Source of the DNA: Octopus sinensis
Taxonomy: Eukaryota
Reading direction: 5' to 3'
Assembly: GCF_006345805.1 (NCBI RefSeq)
Contig: NW_021824736.1
Coordinates: 1-18,012 of the forward strand
DNA: 18,012 bases
The position numbers were made by a program, and so were the translations under genes. The first letter of the stretch is position 1. Each line of letters begins with the position of its first letter. Of the stretch, positions 9,666-18,012 are shown piece after piece. The notes beneath the pieces are model-generated. The model was not told the origin of the DNA, made no database searches, and saw only the letters and a program-made list of their open reading frames with translations.

Positions 9666-10322
9666 TATTCATTTTTACTCTAGGTACAAGGCCCGAAATT
9701 TTAGGGGAGGAGACCAGTCGATTAGATCGATCCCAGTACCCAACTAGTACTTAATCTATCGACTCGGAAAGGATAGAAGGCAAAGTCGACCTGAGTGGAA
9801 TTTGAACTCGGAACGTAAAGAAAGAAATAGCGCTAAACCTTACGCCCGGCGTGCTAACGTTTCTTATTTCTATACTACCCACAAGGGGCTACACACAGAG
9901 GGGACAAAGAAGGACAGACAAACGGATTAAGTCGATAATATCGACTCCAGTGCGTAACTGGTACTTATTTAATCGACCCCGAAAGGAGGAAAGGCACAGT
10001 CGACCTCGGCGGAATTTGAACTCAGAACATAAAAGCAGACGAAATAGCGCTAGACATTTCGCCCGGCGTGCTACCGTTTCTGCCAGCTCGCCGGCTGAAA
10101 AACATATTCTTTTCTACTCTAGGCACAAGACCCGAAATTTTGGGGAGGGGCCCAGCGGATTAGATCGAACCCAGTACGCAACTGGTACGTAATTTATCGA
10201 CCAGCGAAAGGATAAAAGGCAAAGTCGACCTTGGCGGAATTTGAACTCAGAACGTAAAGACAGACGAAATGCCGCTAAGCATTACGCCCGACGTGCTAAC
10301 GTTCCTGCAAGCTCGCCGCATT
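9666..10322 (-). mobile_element. Three head-to-tail copies of SINE family B
   Basis: Copies at about 9666-9862, 9863-10097 and 10103-10322. Each has gtcgacct..gcggaatttgaactc (minus-strand B-box GAGTTCAAATTCC) and the cgaaagga..aaaggc core. Reverse complement of the 16257-17252 units. Confidence 0.92.
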
Positions 10323-10423
10323 AGTACGCTTGTGTATCGCACTATAAACGTAACACCTACTAACGTCACTGAACGCAACGATATAAATGTACGCGTTTGT
10401 ATGAAATATATTATATATATATA

Positions 10424-10470
<47 letters not shown>

Positions 10471-11083
10471 TGTATATGTGTGGAGAGAGAAAGATAGACA
10501 GACAGCAAACAGACAGACAAATGATTATAATTTACATTAACAGATACATATATTAAGAGATAGAGAGATACGTCTAAGTATGTGTGTGTGTGTGTATGTG
10601 TGTACATATATATGTATCTATGTTTGTATGTATGCAAAATATAATTGGTTAGCGGCTCTTGTATCTATAATGTGTTTAAGACATTATTTTCGCTCTATCC
10701 AATTAGTTCAATATGGTGTTTTCATATTTTCTTTATAGATATCGATTTTTTGGCTCCCGTCCCAAATATAAACACGCATTAAATGAGTGAATGGCTATGT
10801 ATAAGTATAGATAAAAATATGCTTACACAAACACACACACGCACACACAGACAAATACAAACACACACACACACGTATATATATATATATGCGCATGTGC
10901 GCGTGGGCGTGTAATTTAGACTGATCCACTGACCTGTTATTCTGGAGTTTCCCAGATGCGTTGGTAACGTTTCAGGCAGAAAAAGTACGTACACATACGC
11001 ACGCACACACACACACACGCACATACACACACACGCACACACACACGTGTGTATGTATGTGCTGATGTATATATATATATATA

Positions 11084-11138
11084 CATGCTGAGATTTTCGT
11101 CTTGCAGTAGACGGATCATAGGCAATCCAATCCGACAC
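11084..11138 (-). repeat. 55-bp microsatellite-adjacent element, copy 1
   Basis: Reverse complement gtgtcggattggattgcctatgatccgtctactgcaagacgaaaatctcagcatg matches 11572-11626 at 45/55 positions. Confidence 0.8.
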
Positions 11139-11145
11139 ACATGCA

Positions 11146-11225
<80 letters not shown>

Positions 11226-11239
11226 AGTAAATCCTAAAA

Positions 11240-11425
11240 AGGAGAACAATCACAGAAAACAGCAACGCGAGGACGTGGTACATGTAAAGTATTAGCCCAA
11301 GAAAGGAAAGAAAGATGGTTTAACGTTTCGAGCAGACGCTCTTCTTCGGAAACAGAGGAAAGTCCAATAGAAGGGAAGACGGAGGAAGAAAATCGTCAAC
11401 GATTCACATGTGGTTACATTTTGAA
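11240..11425 (-). mobile_element. Short Penelope-like (pseudo-LTR-type) non-autonomous element with hammerhead-like motif at 11353-11318
   Basis: Minus strand GTTT-CCGAAGA-A-GAGC(GTCT)GCTC-GAAAC-GTT-AAAC; flanked by TA-rich microsatellite. The Penelope assignment rests on the known PLE/minimal-hammerhead association. Confidence 0.55.
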
Positions 11426-11431
11426 ATATAG

Positions 11432-11536
<105 letters not shown>

Positions 11537-11571
11537 CGTGTGTGTGCGTGCGTGCGCGCGTGTGTCTGTCT

Positions 11572-11626
11572 GTGTCGCATTGGATTGCCTATGATGAGTC
11601 CATTGCAAGACGAAGGCCTTAGCGTG
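11572..11626 (+). repeat. 55-bp microsatellite-adjacent element, copy 2
   Basis: gtgtcgcattggattgcctatgatgagtccattgcaagacgaaggccttagcgtg; inverted partner of 11084-11138. Confidence 0.8.
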
Positions 11627-11799
11627 ATCTCTCCACACTAAACAGGGTCTGATGTAGAGGCTGTGAATTTGAGCTTGAGATCATATTGGTTTCATGACCT
11701 TACTCAGCCACGCAGGCTGGACAAGACTAGGCAGAGGGATGCAGATTTTATACTTTTAGCCAGAAGCAATCAACTCGACTACGTCGTCCCCATGCTTAG

Positions 11800-11935
11800 T
11801 TGGTAGTTATTTTATCGACCTCGAAAAGATAAACACAGAATCGACCTCGGCGTAATCTGGACTCAGAACGTAATCACGTACGAAATGCCACCACGAATTT
11901 TGCCCTGCATGTTAATGACTCTGCCATCTGGCTGT
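11800..11935 (-). mobile_element. Degenerate SINE family B-like copy
   Basis: ttttatcgacctcgaaaagat...tcgacctcggcgtaatctggactcagaacgt aligns to the family B core. Confidence 0.75.
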
Positions 11936-11954
11936 CACAAGCTAGAGTAACACT

Positions 11955-12155
11955 GATTTCAAATTTGTGCACAAGGCCAGCAAGTTCGGAGAGAGGGTAA
12001 GTCGTTTTATTGACTCCAGTGCTAAACTAGTACTGATTTTATCAAGCTCAAAAGGGTGGAAGACCAAGTGGGCCTCGGCGGAATTTGTACTCAGAATGTA
12101 AAGACGGACGAAATACCGCTGGGTATTTTGTCTTGCATGCGAATGAATCTGGAAG
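11955..12155 (-). mobile_element. Older SINE family B-like copy
   Basis: gcacaaggcc...cctcggcggaatttgtactcagaatgtaaagacggacgaaataccgct. Confidence 0.75.
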
Positions 12156-12159
12156 CACA

Positions 12160-12262
12160 CCAGGCAAAATGCTCAGCGGCATTTCGTCCGTCTTCACGTT
12201 CTGAGTTTAGATTCCGGCGTAGTCGACTTTGTTTCCATCCTTTCGGGCTCGATAAAATAACT
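12160..12262 (+). mobile_element. SINE family B-like fragment, inverted relative to the adjacent copy
   Basis: aaatgctcagcggcatttcgtccgtcttcacgttctgagtttagattccggcgtagtcgactttg...catcctttcgggctcgataaaataa. Confidence 0.8.
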
Positions 12263-12301
12263 ACACACACACACACACAACATACACACAATACACAACA
12301 C

Positions 12302-12360
<59 letters not shown>

Positions 12361-12363
<3 letters not shown>

Positions 12364-12520
12364 GACGGGGTTCTTTCAGTTTCCGTCTACCAAATCCACT
12401 CACAGTCTTTGGTCAGCCCGATGCTATAGTAGAAGACACTTGCCCAAGGTGCCACGCTGTGAGAACCCGGAACCATACGGTTGGTAAGAAGGCTACTTCC
12501 CACACACCCGCTCCTGCGCC
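12361..12520 (-). mobile_element. SINE family A head/core
   Basis: Closely matches 4390-4550 (ttctttcagtttccgtctaccaaatccactcac...gaagacacttgcccaaggtgccacgc). Confidence 0.9.
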
Positions 12521-12577
12521 CTGTTTATAATTTTTCAATGATTACTGAGGAAATGAGAAACAAAATTGTTTGTTCCT

Positions 12578-12722
12578 GTAACGTAGCGGTTCGGCAAAAC
12601 AGATCGATAGAATAAGTACTAGGCTTACAAAGAATAATTCCTGGGGTCGATTTGTTCAATTAAAAGGCGGTGCTTCAGTATGGCCGCAGTCCATGACCGA
12701 AACAAATAAAGGAATAAAATAG
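12578..12722 (+). mobile_element. SINE family A 3' module
   Basis: gcggttcggcaaaa...gatagaataagtactaggcttacaaagaataa...ggggtcgatttg...aaaggcggtgcttcagtatggccgcagtc; reverse complement of about 4150-4300. Confidence 0.85.
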
Positions 12723-12929
12723 ACATTATAACTTCAAAAGTGTATGAGATACTCTATCAAGCAATTAAGCAAACAATATTAATTGAAACCCCGACACCTA
12801 ATTGCTTGTTGGATATATTGCTCTTATTGCTGTTGTCGTTGTTGTTGCCGTTGTCATTTAAACCCAGATAAGCTGTGAATGAGTAAACGATATTTCAGCC
12901 GTGACCATCCCGTCTTTTTAATTCTATGT

Positions 12930-13096
12930 ATGATTTCTCTCCTTGTTTCTCTACTTGTTTCTTTCTGTATTCCTTTCTGTGGAAGAGCGTAGGCTCGAAA
13001 CGTAAAAGACTTTTTCAATTCTTGAGCGTTATACTAATACATCTGTTCGTTTTCTACACCACCTGTCATCGTCTTTTGTTTTTATCGTGAATTCTA

Positions 13097-13098
<2 letters not shown>
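12930..13098 (+). mobile_element. Penelope-like short element with hammerhead-like motif at 12973-13008
   Basis: CTTT-CTGTGGA-A-GAGC(GTAG)GCTC-GAAAC-GTA-AAAG; ends in (TA)n; inverted homolog at 13319-13430. Confidence 0.6.
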
Positions 13099-13131
<33 letters not shown>

Positions 13132-13318
13132 CAAAATGGGATAAGGACGCAAGATATACGGACAGCTAGGTGATACAAAAAGGGACAACAAAACATCCAG
13201 ATACACGATAGAAAGAAAGCAAGGACGGCTCATTCGAAGTTTTCTTTCTTCAGTCAAGCACCAGATTATCCTCGCAATTTCGGCTGATTATTCTTGAGAT
13301 TGCTCCAATCTGGCCAGC

Positions 13319-13459
13319 AAACAGATGTATTAGTATAACGCTCGGGAAGAGTAAAATTCTTTAACGTTTCGAGCCTATGCTCTTCCACAGAAAGGAACAC
13401 AGAAAGAAACAAGGAGAGAAAATAAAGAATGTGTAGTGGCTAGCCATCTACCATGGGGA

Positions 13460-13460
<1 letters not shown>
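13319..13460 (-). mobile_element. Penelope-like short element (3'-truncated inverted copy) with hammerhead-like motif at 13394-13359
   Basis: Minus strand CTTT-CTGTGGA-A-GAGC(ATAG)GCTC-GAAAC-GTT-AAAG, then gagcgttatactaatacatctgtt as in 13025-13048; starts next to the (TA)n at about 13465. Confidence 0.6.
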
Positions 13461-13529
<69 letters not shown>

Positions 13530-13712
13530 CAGCAGAGAAGCGTAGGACAAAATGCTTAGCGACATTTCTTCCGGTTCTTTACGTTCTGAATCCAAATTCT
13601 TCTGAGGTTGACTTTGCCTTTCATCCTTTCGTGATCGATAAAATAAAGTACCGACTGAGCACTGGGGTCGATGTAATCGTCTTGTCTACTCCCTTCAAAA
13701 TTTCCTTGCCTT
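13530..13712 (+). mobile_element. Older SINE family B-like copy
   Basis: aaatgcttagcgacatttc...ttacgttctgaatccaaattc..gaggttgactttgcctttcatcctttcgtgatcgataaaataaagtacc...ctggggtcgatgtaatcg. Confidence 0.8.
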
Positions 13713-14582
13713 GAACCGTGCAACGGACCAGCTTCGTGAACTCAGTTATTTATAAACTATAGAAACGAGGCAACCGGTATTATGAGACCTAGGGCTAAAG
13801 AAAAAAGGAGGGAGATTCGCTGTTATTTTTCGCAAGTCGAGAACCATATAATTCGTAATGCTGCACGATGTTGAATATCACATGTTTACATTCGATTGTA
13901 CAGAACGAGTCTGGTTTTCCATCACACAGCAATTTGTTTACTATGATATTTAAAACATGCATAACTGAATCAGTCGCAGATAATTGAATCTAAACATCTA
14001 GCTATTAAACGAACAGAGTTATTAATCAATATATTGCTGGAAGTAATTTTTTTGTTATCTTTTGATATTTTTGTCATTTTGTTATTATTATTTTTTTTGT
14101 TGGTTAATTTCTCCTTATATAATACTGGGACAAAACGACATTTCTACTGTCACGAACGACGTGAAAAAGAAATGCGTTCCGATAAATGATATCCTCTAGC
14201 CAAGCACTGTATGACACGCTGATAAGGAAGTTAAACAAACCGATAGTTGTGGAAAGAACTGTTAGACAAACTGTGAATCGAAAGTAAACCCAAACAAAGT
14301 ATATTAAAAACAAAACAAAATAGGAACTTTGCAGGAACATGCATATGTGTATACAATACAAAATTGATTAAAACGTCTTTAAAGGTATTATCGCACAAAC
14401 ATTACGTCTGTTTATTCTAAAGACAGAAAAATAATTTCCAACATAGACACAAAGACCAGATATTTTGGAAGAGAGATATGTAGTCGGTTACATTCGACTG
14501 CACTAATTGACTGCAGCTTTATTCACTAATACCAGTGCAATTTTAATTTAGAATCGAAAGGTGTATAACAGAGATCTCTTTA

Positions 14583-15600
14583 AAGCTGCTGCTGCCGAGA
14601 TCCATTGCACCACTCGGCACTCGCAATCTCTTCCCTCGATTAGCTTTGGCAGGGCATCAATTTCAGGATGTGTGTCTCAGCTAATAACATCGATGTAGTT
14701 GACTGTCTTTATCCATTACTAGTAGTATCGCCCGGCGTTGCTCGGGTTTGTTTCGACCCTTTAGAATCGGAATTTTTGAAAGGTAAAAATTTTGCATTAT
14801 GTAGCTTGTTATTCTCTTTAAGTGAACATTTTTCTGGTTGGAATACACCGAAAAATGGCGACACAAAAAAAAATCGTAAAAAATAGGGATTTTCATAGGA
14901 AAAAAAAAGCACCTTTTTGATGTAAATAATTTTTTGTCTTAACATGGTCCGATTTGGATTTTATCTTCTACGGAATGAAGAGCAAGCCTTCTTCTATCAT
15001 ACTCTCAATTTTGGTCGCAGGATCTCGGAGGAAATAGTGTTAGTTGAAGGCTACCAAACCTGCCACACACAGACAACTTCAGCTTTATATATAGAGATTA
15101 AGGTCTGCAAGTCTCCAAAATATAGCGTTTGATATGGTCTGGCATTCAGTACGATAGAAGTGATCAGCAAAACCTACCTCGATTAGATGTTTTGGTACGT
15201 CTTCAATTTCATGTTATGCGCTTCAGCTAATGACATCAATATAACAGAGAGGACTTTGATTTCTATTAAGGGGTGGAAGTCTCCAAAATATAACATCTGA
15301 TATGGCCCGGTATTTAATATGAAAAGAGTGACCTGCAAAGCCTACCTCGCGTTGAGCAAGAATAGTATTGACACAGTGGAATGTGTCCGTAAAACTTCTC
15401 TCTGGGCTTGTTCTCACGCCATGAGATGTCTTGTGCCCTAATGAGAAGCCAAATGCACATACCACCAAGACGATCATGAAGCACCTTCTTCATTGCTTTC
15501 AGCTTCACAGGAAAAATCCTCTCTCTGGAGGTCCTGAAGAAGGCAAGCATTGTTATTTGAAATACTTCCTTACCAGATGTAACTGAATACGTTGTCCTAC
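14583..15600 (-). mobile_element. Decayed RTE-type LINE 3' end (RT C-terminal region), with internal tandem duplication and Helitron insertion
   Basis: Minus-strand frames read LAFFRTS...DRLGG..WLLIRAQDISWRE...FYGHIP, then ILAQREVGFAGH..ISDVIFWRLP...YIDVIS*, and finally NYIDVIS*DT..EIDALPKLIEGRD...WISAAA. This resembles RTE-clade C-termini (ISWR..T.EELYG, RLRFAGH, YID.L.RDTG..DR..W; recalled motifs). Multiple stops and frameshifts. Confidence 0.75.
14719..15097 (-). mobile_element. Non-autonomous Helitron
   Basis: Minus strand A|TCTCTATATATAAAG 5' end at 15097 and AAACCCGAGCAACGCCGGGCGATACTACTAG|T 3' end at 14719; flanks rejoin into continuous LINE sequence with no TSD. Confidence 0.9.
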
Positions 15601-15639
15601 ATTGTCATCTAACAACTACCAAAAAAAGAAAAAAAAAAG

Positions 15640-15843
15640 CTTCTGATCTAAACACAAGGCAAGGAATTTTGAAGGAAGGGACTGAGGGTAAATTAAGTGA
15701 CTGCCTAACCCCCAGTACTTGTATATTACTTAATCAACTCTACAGAGATGAACGGCAAAATTAACCCCAACGGGATTAGAAACCAGAATGTAAAAAAAAG
15801 CGGAGCACATGTCGCTGTAACCACTCTGCCAGCTTGCCGCTTT
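15640..15843 (-). mobile_element. Highly degenerate SINE family B-like copy
   Basis: acacaaggcaaggaattttgaagg...ccccagtac...ggcaaaatt..ccc..cgggattagaaaccagaatgtaaa...ctctgccagcttgccgc. Confidence 0.6.
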
Positions 15844-16256
15844 AACTAAATATGAGATAATACAATTGATATATTATAGAATCGTTTACTAATGGCTGAG
15901 CAGAGAAAAAAGATAAACAACTGAACAGAGAGCAATGGCAATCTTTAATAGCATAAACAAATTTATGTGCCCACATGACATTTGCAAACATCATGATAAA
16001 CTATATTATAATTCATTGAAACTATTCAGTGATAAACAATGAAAACGTGGTCGATTCTCTATCGACGTGGCTGATAGAATGTTTAACATACCTATAGATT
16101 ATTTAACACAAACAAATTATCACGAGATTAAGAGGCCTTTATTTAACAAAGTACTACACGTAATATATTCATTATGGCTGCATTCTGAGGGCGCTGCGTT
16201 TGCAGAGTTGTTAAGAGTTGGTAAAAACTGCTTCACACCATTCTACTTGGATTTTA

Positions 16257-17252
16257 AAAGGCGGCGAGCTGGCAGAAGCGTTAGCACACCGGGCGAAATG
16301 TTTAGCGCTATTTCGTCTGTCTTTACGTTCTGATTTCAAATTCCGCTGAGGTCGACTTTGCCTTTTATCTTTTCGGGATCGATAAATTAAGTACTAGTTG
16401 CGTAATGGGTCGATCTAATCGACTGGTCCCCACTCCCCCAAAAATTTCGGACCTTGTGCCTCGAGTAGAAAAGAATATTTAAAGGCGGTGAACTGGCCAA
16501 GGTCGACTTTGCCTTTCATCCTTTCAGGGTCGATTAAATAAGTACCAGTTACGCACTGGGGTCGATATAAACGACTTAATCCCTTTGTCTGTCCTTGTTT
16601 GTCCTCTCTGTGTTTAGCCCCTTGTGGGTAGTAAAGAAATAGGTATTTCGTCTGTCTTTATGTTCTGAGTTCAAATTCCACGGAGGTCGACTATACCTTT
16701 CATCCTTTCGGGATCGATAAATTAAGTACCAGCTACGCATTGGGGTCGATCTAATCGACTGGTCCCCTCCCCCCAAAATTTCGGACCTTACACCTGGAGT
16801 AGAAAAGAATATTTAATTCTAAAAAGGCAGAAACGTTAGCACGCTGGGCGAAATGCTTCGCGGTGTTTCGTCTGTCTTTATGTTATGAGTTCAGATTCCA
16901 CCGATATTGACCATATCTTTCATCCTTTCGGGTCGATAAATTAAGTACCAGATGTGTACAGGGGTCGATCTTATCGACTAGCCCCTTCTCCAATAATTTC
17001 GGGCCTTGTGCCTAGAGTAGAAACGGATATTTTAAAGGCAGCGAGCTGGCGTAAACGTTAGCACACCGGGCAAATGGCTTTGCGGTATTTCGTCTGTCTT
17101 TATGTTCTGAGTTCAAATTCCTCCGAGGCCGACTCAGCATTTCATCCTTTCCGGGTCAACAAATTAAGTACCAGATGTGTACCGGGGTCGATCTAATCGA
17201 CTAGCCCTCTTTCCCAATAATTTTGGGCCTTGTGCCTAGAATAGAAAAAATA
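16257..17252 (+). mobile_element. Five head-to-tail copies of SINE family B
   Basis: Units start at about 16257, 16481, 16642, 16821 and 17033. Head aaggcggcgagctggcagaa, B-box GAGTTCAAATTCC, core gcctttcatcctttcggggtcgataaattaagtacc. Confidence 0.93.
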
Positions 17253-17539
17253 TAGAAGCATTCTACACACGAGGCAGGAACATTTACTTTAGTTGTTGTT
17301 GTTGTTGTTGTTTAACATTAGTTCGTGGTGATTACCTTGTATTTTTAGATCTATATAGCATGACAAGGTATGATTTGACGGAGATTTATATGTTATATTC
17401 AACAGGTCGAGCGACGACTTGAAGGTGGGCCCATTTGCAAGTAATGTTCTGCTTGATTCTACTTCCCTCTATCTGACATTGGGGCTAAATTACCATCTTG
17501 TGCTCCCCACACACTGACAGATGGACTAAGAAGTTCAAA

Positions 17540-17652
17540 GTTGTTGTTGTTGTGGCTACTGCTGCTGCCACTGCTGCTACTACAGATGATGATGACGATA
17601 ACGATGATGAGGATGATGACGACGACGATGATGATGATATTGTTGCTGCTGT
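17540..17652. repeat. Compound trinucleotide microsatellite (GTT)/(GCT)/(GAT,GAC)
   Basis: Seen directly; it produces the poly-V/poly-A/poly-D pseudo-ORF 17498-17773. Confidence 0.9.
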
Positions 17653-17725
17653 TCAACATCGAATCAGCTCTGATCGAGTTGGCCTAATGACCAAAGACGT
17701 TCCAGCCATGATCAGCCCATCTCTG
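17650..17725 (+). repeat. Short interspersed repeat following (GTT)n tracts; second diverged copy at about 12855-12915
   Basis: agct.tga..gag and tt.cagcc.tga.ca.ccc.tc shared between the two sites, both directly after GTT-rich runs; low identity. Confidence 0.4.
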
Positions 17726-18012
17726 TACATCTGGGATTGCATCATCGGATATATCTATTCTTCCGTTTCTTAAGACAATCGGATGTAATGTGCAGGGGAT
17801 ATAACTGTTATTTCTAGCAGGTCTAGTGACGCCGTAGAGAAGAGTGATTCCCTACCCTTTTAATATCCGGATCAAAACCAAGACCTGGATTTTTTTGTAT
17901 CTGTGTGTGTGTGTGTGTGTGTGTGTGGAGGGGGCGGAGGGGATTATCAAAAGAAAAAAAGTTAAGACAATAAATTTAAAGAAAAAATTATATTTATAGA
18001 GGTAAGATCGTC

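Noticed and set aside
10960-10985. Minus-strand GAAACGTT after ctgcct, like the hammerhead-motif 3' half
   Set aside because: It has no core or helix II, and GAAACGTT also occurs in SINE B heads.
13211-13310. Minus-strand CTGAAGA-AAG(AAAA)CTT-CGAAT and GCAATC...GAAATTGC, hammerhead-like pieces
   Set aside because: The first has GAAT instead of GAAA and no helix I; the second lacks a CUGANGA core. Too degenerate to call from one copy.
13720-14580. Unique AT-rich stretch scanned for exons
   Set aside because: I found no convincing ORF, splice-site pair or structured motif on either strand.
17498-17773. ORF with poly-V, poly-A and poly-D tracts
   Set aside because: It is a compound trinucleotide microsatellite followed by repeat-derived sequence, with no splice or domain support.
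17985-18012. AG|GTAAGA donor-like site at the window end
   Set aside because: It is an isolated motif with no upstream exon evidence.

Overview
AT-rich eukaryotic non-coding DNA (intron or intergenic), almost fully tiled by microsatellites and nested transposon debris. The repeat families look like those of coleoid cephalopods, most likely Octopus; this is inferred from my recall of the repeats, not from a database search. I find no intact protein-coding gene. The three ~610-aa ORFs at 4936-6815 and most other listed ORFs are artefacts of stop-free alternating purine/pyrimidine repeats. Real protein homology is limited to two decayed transposon ORFs on the minus strand: a Tc1/mariner transposase (3583-4659, interrupted by a SINE) and an RTE-type LINE 3' end (14583-15600, interrupted by a Helitron). 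Also present are at least four tRNA-derived SINE families (two head-to-tail arrays), two non-autonomous Helitrons, a 1.8-kb 64-bp minisatellite, a ~260-bp-arm inverted repeat and a 141-bp local duplication. The most notable signal is three 36-nt minimal hammerhead-ribozyme-like motifs (11318-11353, 12973-13008, 13359-13394). They lie in short (TA)n-embedded elements resembling Penelope-like pseudo-LTR derivatives and show compensatory changes in helix I. Other items worth checking are a perfect pre-miRNA-sized hairpin (1841-1898) and a promoter-like stretch (1673-2170).
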